A stretch of DNA of 64,000 nt from Schmidtea polychroa (Eukaryota): assembly GCA_044892525.1 (NCBI GenBank), contig CM097886.1, forward strand, positions 3,286,001-3,350,000, read 5' to 3'. Position numbers and translations under genes: made by a program. Of the stretch, positions 39,701 to 53,951 are shown piece after piece (positions within the stretch are counted from its first letter, which is position 1; each line of letters begins with the position of its first letter). The notes under the pieces were generated by a model. That model saw only the letters and a list, made by a program, of their open reading frames with translations, was not told where the DNA came from and did not search any database.

Positions 39701-40281
39701 TTTATAAAACTACAATATATAAATTTGTGAATAATAGTATCGTAGAAGAAACTGTCTAGGAAATATTGAGTAATGTCGTGAAATAGATTTAGGAGATTAG
39801 AAGTTGAATTGTAACTGCATCCGGCGAGGGAATATCAGGATCAGCAAAGTAAAAGAAAGAAGCAATTAGTAAAAAAATAAATAAAAAATAATTACTGCAA
39901 ATGTGGACAAAAGATAACTGATTTCAAGACATAAATGATCTTTAAAAACAATTAAGACATGAAATATTTTTCGGGAAATTATTTTACAGGTAAATCTCTA
40001 AACAAAGTCCCGAAACATATTTTCAACTGTTTTTTAAAAAAGCAAAGAATCAAAAATATGTCTTCACAGTTAGGCTAATTGATGCAAATTCCCTCTGAAT
40101 CTAAGCGGCAACATTTTAAGTATCATGTGTACTTTTAATGCTCATTTTAATAACCAATCCCGCGAGAAGGGTTCTATGTGTTAAAAGTTAATAATTAAAT
40201 GTCTAAAAGCTAGCTAATTGTTTATCTATTTTATATAACGACAAGTATATAAAAAGTTGAGATTAATAAAATAATATTTAC

Positions 40282-40401
40282 TTTATTGTTAATGAATATG
40301 CATTTTTATTCGATTCACTTCTTCTCACTAGAAAACTTCCATCCGGATGATTAGACAATAAACTCTCAGCTTTTGACCGGGTCAAGTAGAAATGATACCA
40401 T
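40282..40401 (-). CDS. Exon encoding the N-terminal half of the SH2 domain of the SHB-like adaptor
   Basis: Acceptor tttcag| at 40403/40402 and donor GTAAAT at 40281. Reads WYHFYLTRSKAESLLSNHPDGSFLVRRSESNKNAYSLTIK with the FLVR signature. It ends in phase 2, matching the exon at 28657. Confidence 0.88.
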
Positions 40402-43400
40402 CTGAAATAGTAAATAATAAATAGTTAAACATACATGACAACGATTTAATTTGATGTAAGTAATATAATTTATAAATTTGTTCAAACATCTATAATTTCT
40501 ATAGTTATAATATCCTACCTGATGATTACAGTAAAACTGTGGAAATATATCATAAAACGAATGTTTGAGCGGCGCTTTCTTATAACTTATAAAGTAGTAT
40601 CAATAAAAATTATATTTCACATGTTTCAAGTCATAAATATATATATATATATAGTTAAATCTTTAAATGATTTTTATAAATAAATTTTATATTTTATTTT
40701 AATATTCAAAAACAAATTTATAATATTTCCAATTATTTCTACAGTTTCTAGTTATATTTGGCGGTCCTTCGGTGTTATAAATGACTTCTCTCTCTCAAAT
40801 TTAACGGTTAATTTGTTTAAATTTATTCAATTATAATTTAAATAAAATCCAGAGTATTAGACTATTTAGATTATCTGGTTCTTCACCATCGTACAAATTT
40901 GTGATAATTGACAGTATTTGTTTTGGGTTATAGGCGTTAGTGATGATAAATAGATATAAAATTCATTTTACCAGATTTTTTTATTAAAAAATCAGAATAA
41001 TTAAAAAATATAAATATAATAAAGAGACTTAAAGAAGACAAAACAATTCCATTTTATTAACAAGTGGGGAATTTTGAGAGGTATAAATAGGTTTAAAATA
41101 TAATCAAAATTGCAAAATTACATGAAATAAGATGACGTTATGGTGTGAAATGAAACACCATAAAGCTCATTTACAACTGGATAAAGAACTGATTAAAATT
41201 ACAGGTCAATGGGAAAAAGACACTAAGACAGAAGAGAAATTTAATCAAAATTCCCTGTGAAGTTATTGATTGAAATAAACGAGTATCAATTTTAAACAGA
41301 CAGAAATCGCTGAGAAAAATCCCATTAGTATTATGGAGGCAAAATGCGCGTAAACAAATCATTTCGATGTTCTTATCAAAATAAAACGATGTCAGTACAT
41401 GTCTATTTCTTAGGCTGGCGCAAATCTGTGAAGGTTAACAGGAAATGAATGTTGAATGCAGATAGTCGGCAAGCGAATAAATTTCGTTATCGTTTTATCA
41501 AATATTCAAATCCAAATACTTCATTCTCCGCCAAGATTAGGGGAAAATGCGTTGAAGTTGTTTTAATGAAGCGATTCATTTGAATGAATATTTTATTTAT
41601 AAATAAATAATTTTCTCTGATGAAAATAGAACAGAAAACAGGAAAACAATGAAAGAAATAGATTGGGGATAAAGTTGCTTGAAAATGCTGTTATTCTCGG
41701 TGTAGTAGGGTTGATTAATGAGATTTTATTGCAATGAAAATGCAGAAATAAATCGAAAACAGACTTATAAATGCATAATTATAATATTGTAATTGCCTTG
41801 AGATACATCATGCACGACTCGTTAAGATGTCCCCAGGTCCTTCTGAATTATTTTAATAATTATTTTACATTGATTTCATATATTTAGTTTTACTAAAATA
41901 ATAATGGCAGCCATCTGTTATTAATTTTTAATTATAATAATAATAATAATAATAAAAATTTTGATATATTTATTTTAGTAATTGATAGTTATCATTTAAG
42001 GTTCAATAAAAAATTAATAATTATTAGTCAAAAATTTAATCCCGATTGACATTTATTACGTATACAAATTTATATCATCCTTAATCTTAAGTATTTAAAC
42101 ACATTTGGGAGATTATAATTTCAATATCATCAATCATAGTTGTGATTAAAACTAGGTTCATATTCATAAAAATTCAGTTTGCAAGATATTCTTATTCATT
42201 TGTAAAATTTCATTTTAATTTAATTTTTGAAACTCATTAACATTTTCCATTAAAATTTTAAAATTTCATATTTTTAATTTTAATGCTTTTCAAATTTAAA
42301 ATCCTAGCAATTACAAATTATAAATATTATTAAAAATTCTTTTTATATTAACTTTTTAATTAATTTAATAAAGAATTTTCTGTTGTGATTGTAGGATAAC
42401 TGAAAATAATACCTGTTTGAAATAATATTATTGCATATTGAATTTGTATGTCTGATTATTATGTAATGTATGTCTGAATGAATGTCAATGGTGAAATATT
42501 GTATTATTGATGAATGTGTGATCAAGATACTTACAATATAATTACTTCATTCGGAGGGATAATCATTTTTTATATTAATAAATTATGTCTTCAAAGTCTT
42601 CTAATAGTGATAATTGTTTATTTTTTCTCATTAGTTTGATGTTTCAGTCGATCACCTGTTCATTGAACGTGATGATTTATTAATTATACTAAATAACAAT
42701 AAATTTTTATTAATCATGATACTTTTTATTTTATGATACATTTCTAATTTTTAATTATTATAATTATATTTAGGGTTGCCAAAATTTTACCACACCGAAA
42801 TGGGACAATCCCGGAAAACCGAGACGTGTGGCAACATTAAATATTTTATGTTACCAGTATCACAATAATTGCAAATTTATTATTTTTAAACAGCAACACA
42901 ACTCAACTAAAATAAAGGAATCTGATTTATTAATTCATTCCCGTCCCAATTTTTGTGCTTTAATATTTTGAATCTCTTTTTATATCTTTCTGCTTTTTTC
43001 GGTCTAAAAATCTTTTTAAATTTTGTATGACCCTTATATAGAACTAACCTCTAATCCTAATTCGATTTGATGGTCAATAGGAGCAGAAAAATTAGATATG
43101 TTGTTAGCAAGAAGACGAAAACTTAAAATAAATTTAGTTAGCTTTGACATTTCACCTGTCAAGTTCGGGGATTATGCCCTTAATTTTATTTATTTGTTTC
43201 TCTAATTAATTAACTTATTAATTTGTTTAGATTATTAAATTTAAAATTTCCAAAAAAGGAAAACTGAAAATGCTCGAAATGCTGGAAAACATATAAAAAT
43301 AGAAAATTGTTAATTAATTAATCAATTAATTAAGGAAAACCCAAGTTAAATAAACAGAAAGAAAAGTAAACAAAGTGAAATCTGGAAAACCATTATCATG

Positions 43401-45094
43401 ACAACATGAGTAATGGGAAAACAGAAAAAGATTATCGCAAGGGGCACAAATAATTATTTCTTTCGAAGGTGAAAATATGAAATAGACCGCGAGACGAAGC
43501 TTGTCAAAGGAAGACGATCTAGTTGAAATACCATTAATATCAAGGCTAAAATATATGAAAAATATATCATTAATATCACTATCATGTAATCATAACGTAA
43601 CTTTTATATGTCCCATTTCATAAAAAAACTATTTTTAGAGAATGAATTTGTTCAGAATATGAACGTCGGTAATATTTGACCTGAAATATTATGTATATAG
43701 ATATCCTATAATTAGTAAACAACTATAATAACTTTTCACATCCTAAATCTAATCCTAACTATTTTCAGTTAAAAAAAAACTTGTAATCAGTGTCTAAGAA
43801 CTTTAATTTATTGATACAAGATTTTTTTTAATTATTAATATTTTCTTAACATTTTATCAGAACATTTGAGGCATAAGTGGAAAATCAGTCCCACTTCCAT
43901 TTTATCTGTATATTATTTTTGGACACTTCTTCATCATTTTATTGTAGTATTAAAGTTTTAATTTTAACTGGTCCGATTTAAATTTTCCAAAAGGGATCCA
44001 ACTATTTATTAGCCTCCCATAAATAATTTTATCTCTATCATTGTGACCCTCATTCCAAATTTTCAGTTTTTATTAATAATTAATTAATTTTAATCTTTAC
44101 ACTTACAAAGTATAATCCAATGATTTATTGCTTCATTCATTGTAAATTTTTATCAATTGACTTATAAATTAATAATTTTATTGATTTTTTAACGATTTAA
44201 TATATTTTAATTAAAATGCATAAAGATATTATTTTTCCGTTTTTTGATTTGGGAAAATGTATCATTCATTTATTAGAGACGCTGCTGAATTCTCGCAAGG
44301 AAAATTTCCAAAGACATTAATCATTTGATGAAAACAGAAAATTAAATTAATAAATTTTTGATTTATATTCATAAGTGAAAAATAATCTTATTAATTAAAT
44401 TAACTTAATATCAGACCAAAATTTTTTATTGAAATTCGAGAATTTTTGAAACAAAGGAAAATATTAATAAATGATTGCTTCAAAATAAAATTTATATTCA
44501 GAATTTATTTTGAAAATTGTCTTCATAATATTTTTTGAGCCAAGTGAAATTTTAGAGAAATATTAAAATTTTTTCAGCTGGTTAAATTGAANNNNNNNNN
44601 NNNNNNNNNNNNNNNNNNNNNNNNNNNNNNNNNNNNNNNNNNNNNNNNNNNNNNNNNNNNNNNNNNNNNNNNNNNNNNNNNNNNNNNNNNNNNNNNNNNN
44701 NNNNNNNNNNNNNNNNNNNNNCTATTTTATTTGGCTAAATTAAATCACTTATGCCATTCATATCTAACAATAAATTTTACTGTTTATTTGCTTGTACATC
44801 GTGGGAGATTTGAAAAACATCATTAATTATTCAAGTTGTAAGCAGATATCTCATTTGGTCAAATGCTACTCAATCTCACGACAATTGTTCCAACTGTTCG
44901 AAAGGTTTATCAAAACTTTGAGACACGCTTTATCATTAATTATAAATTTTAATCATATTATTCTTTCATTAATTTATTGAATCATCTTCAAATATATTAT
45001 TATGTAAATGTAAAATATTTTGAAAATAATAAAAAAACATACGGCTGTTTTTCCAATGGAACTTTTGGGTTTATGTTAATATGAACCCTTTTCA

Positions 45095-45247
45095 AACTTT
45101 CTTTTATTAATTTTGAATCTGAGCTTGAATTTGTTGTGCGATTCCGAGAAGTATTATTTGACGTAACCTTTGACTCTTCACTCGAAGGTAACTTGATTAA
45201 TGGTGGTTTGTTATTATTTATGATGGACGGGTCGATGAACCGCGTGG
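45095..45247 (-). CDS. Candidate upstream low-complexity exon (possibly of the SHB-like gene)
   Basis: Good acceptor tttcctttttag| followed by open frame TRFIDPSIINNNKPPLIKLPSEESKVTSNNTSRNRTTNSSSDSKLIKEKFEK. The donor is uncertain. Confidence 0.35.
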
Positions 45248-46482
45248 CTAAAAAGGAAACTATTAATTTAATTATTATGATTTTAAATCATATTTTTGTC
45301 ATTGAATTCAAATCCGAATTTCTAGTGAAATTTGTTGATTACTGGGTGAAAATCAATATTAATCACTATCGAAATCAATAATTTGTTAAATTGAAATTAA
45401 ATCTGCTTAAAAACCGATATACACTTTAGTGAGTTCGTTACAACGGTGCTAATGAGATTTCTTATTAACATTTCAATATCATTTTCACTTAAATAAACAC
45501 TTTTTACAAAAGTTCTTAGCCGTTTTAGAGTAACGGTCAACCAATGACTTATTTTGTCACCCTTAGTTCTTCATCATTTATATTTAATAAAAAATATTTT
45601 AATAATAAAAAGAAATTCATTTAATTGTTAAAGAGGTAAATAAAATGGTGGTAAATGATTGTAAAATGATTGTAGGTAACCCCACTCAGGCCTCCTTAGA
45701 AAAGAACAAAACAGGCAATATATTTATTTACATATATAAATATCATTTTACTTTTGTTGATGTTGGTATAGTTATATAAAATAATGCTATTACAAACACA
45801 TACTGGCTTTATGCTAGTTCATAATATTATTTCCAATATAATAACTTTAAAATATAAAATTTTAATTATCTTTCAAGATTTAATTTATTTAAAGATGGAA
45901 ATACACACTTCATTAATGGCGTGCCGAAGTATCGTGTATATATTGTATTGATTTGAAGGGGCCCCGCATCACCACCAAAATTAACAAAAATTTATTTTTC
46001 GAAATTTAAAGCAAATTGCTTTTGACGATAAAGGATAAATTATAAATTATTCAAATAAATAAACTTATATGTATGTGTGTGTTTTCAAATTCGATGTAGT
46101 TGAAAGTCAAATATACAGGGGCCCGCACTTATTGGATCCTGGTCTGGTTACAAACGTTAATATAAAAATTAGTGAATTATAAAAAAGATCAAAAGTTGTT
46201 TTTATTTGTCTATGAATTTTCTTAATTAAATATTTACTATTGAGATCCATTTTTATAATTCTCATTTTGAAAAGAATTTCTTGAAAGAAACGAGAAAATG
46301 AAAGTAAAATAAAAAAAATATTATCAGTACAGTCTCTTATATTTTTGGTCACCTTTGATCTGCTTTCTTTTTTTGATCTTTCATTTATTTTCATTGTGAC
46401 AAAAATCAAATTAATTTTTGATCTTTTGCTAGAATGATTATAAATGAAAGTCTTATGAAAGTCTTAAATGAAAGATTATATT

Positions 46483-47135
46483 TGAAAGTCGGTTCTCTCT
46501 CTGACTCCTCGTATTCTTATTAACCTAACCCAACACGGAATAATTTTATTCAATCTTTATCACAATTACACTTTGCCACTAATTGCACCTTTCTCTCCAG
46601 ATAATTTCCCACTCGATTACTGATCGCCGGATATCTGCTTCTCTTCTCTCTTTTACTAGACCAAATGGTGGCCTGCCCATTTCTGAGCTCTCTTTTTATA
46701 CTGTTTCTGAGAGGCCAATTTTCTAGACAATTGCGCTTAATTATTTCCCCGGGAATCCTAAGTCAATATTTGAGGGTTATCTGATTGTTTAAATTTGTTT
46801 ACCATTGATTAGGGCTCAAAATATTCTCTCTCTTATTTTATTGCTCGGGTCTCACTGCGCATCGGCTTCCCATTGGCTTTGGGTTTCCATTACCGAATAA
46901 TTAATTTTAATTAATTTGTTTTTTTCGCATTAACTTTCCCTGTGAACATCTTATTAAATTGTCATTATAATTTCTGAACTCCTCTATCAATTTGGTGTCT
47001 AACCCTACCCGATACCCCCATTCAATATTGATTTTTAGTAAATTTTAATTAATTTTGCACTTTTATTGATTTTACCATTATTTGTTATGCTTTCCTTTAA
47101 TATATGTTTTTTTGGTTTATGTGCTAACCCCAACA
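46483..47135 (-). mobile_element. Diverged reverse-orientation relative of the 18878-19712 LTR-like element
   Basis: The minus strand starts TGTTGGGGTT and shares AATGG..ACCC..GC.AATGGGAA.CCG and 3' AATAAA..GTGTTGGGT..GGAGTCAGA..ACCGACTT motifs. The terminal CCCAACA is missing. Confidence 0.65.
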
Positions 47136-50100
47136 ATATCAAAATAAAATATCATTATAAAAATCGAGCATCACATTACTGCTCTAATAAACTAACAATA
47201 TTTATCGCATGGGATCACATTATACATTTATAATAGATATAGGATGTCAAAAAGGTGTCATTGAGAAAGGATTAATTTACTGATTTTTCATAATTCAGTT
47301 AAAAAGTCTGTTAAAATGTTTCTTGGCCATATTAAGACACTTTAAGCAGGAAGACTAGTTTAATATTTTTTCTAAAACTCTAATTTGACAATCGAAAAAA
47401 TATAAAAAGGTCCGATTTCTTTTATATGTACATTCTATGCTAGTTCGGCTTCAATATATTTATGGCGCAATATTTAAATATTTAACCCGATTCCTTTTTC
47501 ATAGTAGATGATATTTTTTTATTTCGCTTCTCTTCTTATAGCCCCTTATGTATTGAATATGATAATAATTACAAAAAACTAAAAAACAGTCTATTTTTAT
47601 ACAAATAATATAATAATATAATAACGATTCATTAATGTTGTGGTGTTTACATTATCAAAATATTTTTTGTTTCAGTTGTTTAAATTTATCACTAATTAAA
47701 ATGCATTATTTATCAAAAATCACATTGTTAAATAATTAAGAATATTTAATATAATTTATATTTTTGTCATTATATCTACAATTTATTCGATTAAATTAAA
47801 GCATCAAAGTACATTGACATCGTGCATCATATATCGTGCATCAAATTTATCCCTTAATCCAGCGGCCCGGTAACACAAATGCACAGAAGTGCCACAAAAC
47901 AGGTAATTAAAAGTACTGACGACTTTGAGTGACACTGAAAAAAACTTACAAATCTATATGAAGACAATTTTATTTTACTATTTTACCTACATAAAATCAT
48001 CAACTCAAATGACCTAAAGTGACAGTGTCGAGTAAATTCTATCGCCCAATTCCAGCCAAAAATATATTTTTACTTATTCACCGCAAGGGATTGTTAAAGT
48101 ACTAAAATCCTATAGCTTGCCGACCACAGCCATAATCAAATAAAAAAGGAAAATTTTAATTAATTAGTAGTATTTTGATCGTTGAAGACTTGATTTAAAT
48201 TTATTTTATTGAATTAGTGTGGAAATTTATTTTTCATAAAGCCTTTATACATTTTTTATCCATTCGAAAATAATTTATGACATATTAAGAACTAGACTAT
48301 TTCAAAAAGGGTCAGCTTAATAAAATAATAGAAACAAGTCAAGATCAAATGGTAGTTAGCTGTAGCAAAACATATTGATGGATGAGCTGACAAGCAAGTG
48401 ATGAGGTTCAAATACAAAATGGAGGAGTCAACATCCTTCAAATATTCAGAGAATGATAAAATCTTACCACTTTCAGTCATGTCGAAGAATGAGGCAACAG
48501 AACACAGCTCTTTAACGTTTGTCTCAACAATTTTGCTTATTTGTCAAAATTAAATGACATAATACTGAAAAGAAATTTAAATAAATATTTAATGTAATTC
48601 AATTCAAAACAAAATTATACAAAATTAACTGTGTGACAAAATGGCTATCCAGTGTACAACGTAACATTTAGACAAAAAATTGCATTCTCTCAAAACGAAA
48701 ATTTGTTTAGAATTAGCACAACATTATTTGGAGTTTGAATGGAAACTGATATTAACAATTACTGGGAAGGAACAAATGGAGATTATTAGTACAATTCAAT
48801 GGAATAAATATGATAAAATGTAGCGTAACGAGTTTGTATTTATTCCTAAAACGTATTGTCCCGATGGAACGGGGGTAAACAGTGCTATGCATGCATATTC
48901 TAATAAATAATATCTGAAATAAACGGAAATTATTGATTACATTTAAACAAATATAAGAAAAAATCCAGAGAAATTTATTCGTGCACTGAAACTGTGTTTA
49001 ACAGAATAAAAACCTTTGCTTTTAAATAACTGTTTGGTTTTTCCTAACAGCTACATAAATCAACAAAAGAATTATTTATTAACAATATTTTATTCAAAAA
49101 ATATTTCTTTGGGTAAAATTGTAATTTATCCACTGGACAAATAAAACAGTCAATTAAATGAGTTTTTCGTAAAATATACTTTTGGTCTAAATATCTGTAA
49201 AAACCAAATTGACAAATTTTTCATAATTATTTAAGATGTGCTGAAATTCAAATAAAACTTTGTTAAGGTTGTATAAATTTACAGTGAGGGCCCTCAAAAC
49301 GATCGCATATTATTTTTTACAATATTATTTTAAACTATCAAACTATAAGCATAAATATGCTATGCTCAGCTCATGTAGACTGAGTTCGACATGTCACAGA
49401 AAATAGTCATTTATTTAAATGATCTGTAAATGTCTGATTCAATTATCTATTATTATTATTACTGTAAATTACATTAAGTAAATATAGTGTTGGATTAAAA
49501 CAAAAATTTCAATTCATAAATTTAAGTTTGAGAAAAACTTTTAGACATTTTCAGACTCCAGGGCAGCATAGCCCTTCTCATCGGCCTTTGCTGCCCGTGA
49601 TCAAATAATTTTGGTTTTTCTTGATAAAACTGAATTTTCACTTTGCACAAGAAGAAAATAGGAAGATCTTTAATTGGATCATCTTCTATATATGGTCTTA
49701 TTCAAATTAGATTATGAAATTTAAGTGTTTGTTATAAAAGCTTATGATAACGGAACTTTCTTAGAGTTTATCGTTGAACTCATCTAGGAATTATGAAGAA
49801 TCTGGGTATTATTACGTGATTTTTGCCTCATTCTCTTTTTTGAATTCAATTGAGGATTCTTGAAATCGAAATTCATTTTCCATCATGGAATTCGACTACT
49901 AAAAATGGATTGTAGGATATCATACACGTTGCTTATGAACATATAACAATCAGTGATATATTGGGATATAATAATTATGCAAGAATAATAATTATATAAT
50001 AATTATCAAGCATGTTTAAGTTGAGAGCACAATTTTAATTAAAATATGTTTTTGGTCATTATGTGAATTTTATTGTTATTGCAAAATAGCTATTAATTCA

Positions 50101-53100
50101 CTTTTATATATTTTGTCAAATTACCAACATTTGGTCTTGATGTTTCTCGGAAATGAAAAACATTGTTATTTAAATTTTCCCAAATTTATCATTTATAATT
50201 TAAGGTGTCAAAATTTATTGAAAAACGTATTAAAAATTAATTAATCGAATTTTGAACTCAAACATCAACAATTTTGACTAGTTTCCACCGTTAAAATAAG
50301 TGGACATTATTATACAAATATTATGTAACAGAGGAATCCATAGAAAGTCTAAACATAAGAGGTCAAATTAATTAGTTAATGAAAAAATTATTGTGAACTG
50401 TGAAAATAGTTCCCATAGAATTGAATAAGGCTGAAATGAGCACTTAACGCATGTCTGTCACTACTAAAGACAACGTTAAAAGTACAGAAACTAAAACAAC
50501 AGTAAAAGAAATTGTTGGCCCTACGTGCAAACGCATCGGTCCATTTCATATAAAATTGACGATAGGGTGTAGATAAGACTCATTGGAGTTACTATTGATG
50601 GTGGGCAGAGTTGATTTGGAAATTGAGATCAGAAAATGGTACTGACATATACCACCAATTTCAATTCTTCGAGCATTCTGAGATACCTTTTAGATAATAA
50701 AATAGACTTAGACAGCCATGTGAATCTTTTCGTATAAATTAAAATTTTCAAATCGCTAATAGACTGATAGGAAACAGAATTGTAGAGAGTTCACAAAACG
50801 ATTAAAAAACAGTGGCGTGAGTACGGCATGACTTGGAGAAAGATGTATTCGTGTACAATTATCTTCCTACAAAATGTTCTAGCGACTCCAACAAATCTAA
50901 GAGGCACCTTTGATTAAAAAAATTAAGCAATCAAGTGGATGAGCTCATTTCAAATTTGCCATTGAAAATGTGTGAGTGTAAGAATTTCTTTATATTTATT
51001 ATGGTTCAGAATTTGAGCGGTTACAACTACTTGCTATTAAAAACATAAAATAAAAAAAACATTTGATACTGAATGCATTTTCAAAATTCAACTAGAATTG
51101 TTACAGAATCTGTAATACAGATGGAAAATGATTTAATAGCTTACCAGGCATCACTGAATGACAAAATCATTTTCATCACTATAATTATTATTTATTTAAT
51201 ACGGCTTAAGAAACGTTTTTTGAAAGTAAATTACGTTTTTTCAATTACTTAATTGATTTTTTCGGATTTCAGATTTGGAAAATATTCTTAGAAAAAGAAA
51301 AACTGACAATAATTTAAAAAATTAATTAAGAATTTGCAATATTAACTCGATTATGTTGTGGAAATTTATTAAAAATTAATTAATTGAATTTCGAGCATAA
51401 AAATCGCCGTTTTTCGAGGGAAAAGCGAAACGAGGTGGAAATTAAAATATCAAATATTTTCAAATTGACAAGAATTCCTTGAACATTCACAAATTAAATT
51501 ATTAATTAGAAATTGGTTAGTGCTATCAATCATCTTGAAGTCAGAAAACGAAATTCGTAGTTTGACAGAAGAAATTAATAAAGATTTTGGAAAATTAAAT
51601 GGCTTTCAGTAAACTCAGAAGGCAATTAGTAAAAAGTTTAAATAGTGATGACTGTTGGAAAATGAAAATGTTTAAATTTTGATTGAAAATCCTGAAGAAA
51701 TACGCAATTTTGGTTGAAGAAAGTATTGTAATTGTCATAATAACTGCCAATCTTAGCCAGGGAAATATAAATTTTCATTAGAAAATTCACAACTTTAGAC
51801 TAAAAATATGGCCATAAAAGCTTGGATCTCGGTGAAATCTGGTGTTAAAATTGTACAGCAAATAATATTCCAATATTGTTTGGTCTTGGATATTTGATCT
51901 AGAACAATGATAGTCAGACTTAAATTTTGTTCCGGCCGAAAATTTTATTCAAACATAAATAAATAATCCTAATATTTATTTTTTATGCAACAAATATTTT
52001 ATACTTATCATTTGCCATCCACGATTTAACAATTTAAGTTTTTACAAATACTTTGGGTTTGTCTATGAAGTAAGGAATTACCTATTTTTCTGACTCCAAT
52101 AGCCAACATTTATTTGTCAGCAGATTTACAATCAACTATATATTCTATTGCATCTCTTTAATTTACAATAAATATACACATCAATATCAGGTTCTCCCTA
52201 TCTTTACTAAAAAAATTTCTTAAAAATTTCCCTAGTTTTTTGTTTTCTTGTGGCTTTCCTCTCATCCTTACTTCGTTATCTTAGACAATATCAACCAATA
52301 TAATTCATGTTAACCAACTGACAAATATCCGATTTTTCATTTAACTTTGAGTTATTTTTATTCGTTTCATTTCCCTCCACAAATTTAAATTATTTAATAA
52401 TATTATTTAGTAAAAACTAGATTTTCTGTGAACTTATACTCGATTGATTATATTTTATATTTATTATAAATTAGTCACAATTATAATTTGTCAATTTTAC
52501 TAAAAATACAAATTGTGCTAGATGTATAATAAAAGGTTTCACATAAAAAATATTGATTATTGATGGTTCAAAGTTCACGAAAACATCATGATAATACACA
52601 TTTTCAATGTGCCTAGATAAAGTAAAGCTAGCCAATTGTTTAAATAACTCTTGCACACACCGATTTAAACAAATTAATTTGTAATCTTTATCCAACAAGC
52701 TCAAGGCCAACACTGCACTTAATTATTAAAAAATGTGTAAATTCGATTCAATATTTTCATCACTTGCACAGTGCCGCCTCGATATGTCTGGTTAAAATTT
52801 TTATTTCTGCAATTACAATAAATTCAATTCCATAATATTCAATTGTTTATAGCAGAAACAGAAATTAGTTAAATAAAAATAGCAAATTAATTATTCCAAT
52901 ACTATAATTTTGCTAAATTCATCCAAACTTATTAGCTTTGCCGGGGACAATTTTAGTAGCTGTGTGGCTCTATATAAACTTTTTCACAGGGTCTTATTTG
53001 ACATTAAATTTTAATTGAATCAATTAATATATTTTAAAATTTTATCTACCCTCATTTAGAATATAGTATTTCTCTATCATAAAATTTGAATTTAATAAGG

Positions 53101-53270
53101 AAAACAATGATCTATTGTCAAAATAAAGATAAATGATATTTGAAAAGTAAAAAAAATCATTTCAAAGGTGAATTATAATCAAACGACTTTACTGATAATA
53201 TAAAATAAAAAAAACGCGTTTCAAACTATACCAGTATTTTATTTTATTTTAAAATATCCAAAAAAATGCT

Positions 53271-53951
53271 TTAAAAATTTTGTGCAATATCTATCATATT
53301 TGATATGTCAGTAATATCCTCACCTTTTATACCTTCTCCTAACATAACTTTGACTAACATACTTATCATATTTTCTTTTGGAAAAACAGTAATCTCAAAA
53401 CCTGACATGTTCTCGTTTTTTATTCCAAAATCAAATTTGATACTGGATTTTGTTCTTTTTATTATTGCTGGCAGTTTATTGTACTTTTCTTTGCTGATTT
53501 TTAAATATTTGTCCCAACTGGTGAAATAATAATAAAACACACATGAAGTTTCCAATAAACTGAACTTAACAACATTTTCACTGATGTTGCTTTTGTAAAA
53601 TCCGAATAAAATTGCAAACCCCAACGAAATATCATTTCTAGAATAAGTATGAGAGATTGAATAATGATCTGGGCGATGTTTGATTTTGACTGAAATGTCC
53701 CAATCTGATGTCGTTTGTAAAGATAAATTAGAGAAATGTCGTTGGCAAGTGGGGCAGTTGGATCTGTTGTGCTTTTTGTGATTTATAGCGCATTCGTAAT
53801 GTAAATTGTGTCCACACTTTAAGAGCTTGAGAATGTTTTTATTATTTTTAAAATTTTCAAAGCACAATCCGCACATATTTTCGAAACCATTTTCTGATTT
53901 TTTGTCATCATCAAATAGTTGGGTGTAATTTAGATAATCATTTGAAATCAT
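53271..53951 (-). CDS. Intronless RING-H2 protein, copy A (226 aa), unknown C-terminal domain
   Basis: C-x2-C-x15-C-x-H-x2-H-x2-C-x11-C-x2-C (CGLC...CGHNLHYEC...CPTC). It is an uninterrupted ORF with an in-frame stop 9 codons upstream of the ATG. Confidence 0.85.
   Translation of the reverse strand: MISNDYLNYTQLFDDDKKSENGFENMCGLCFENFKNNKNILKLLKCGHNLHYECAINHKKHNRSNCPTCQRHFSNLSLQTTSDWDISVKIKHRPDHYSISHTYSRNDISLGFAILFGFYKSNISENVVKFSLLETSCVFYYYFTSWDKYLKISKEKYNKLPAIIKRTKSSIKFDFGIKNENMSGFEITVFPKENMISMLVKVMLGEGIKGEDITDISNMIDIAQNF

Noticed and set aside
42771-42839. TAGGGTTGCCA...TGGCAACATTA mini inverted element
   Set aside because: Too short and with no TSD; probably a collapsed MITE relic.
50447-50575. 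MSVTTK...KRIGPFHIKLTIG resembling the start of a CAMK-group kinase domain
   Set aside because: No GxGxxG loop or later kinase motifs follow in any frame I could splice.
53305-53529. Plus-strand ORFs overlapping the RING genes (also 57108-57332) and ORFs overlapping the zinc-finger exon
   Set aside because: These are shadow frames of real genes.
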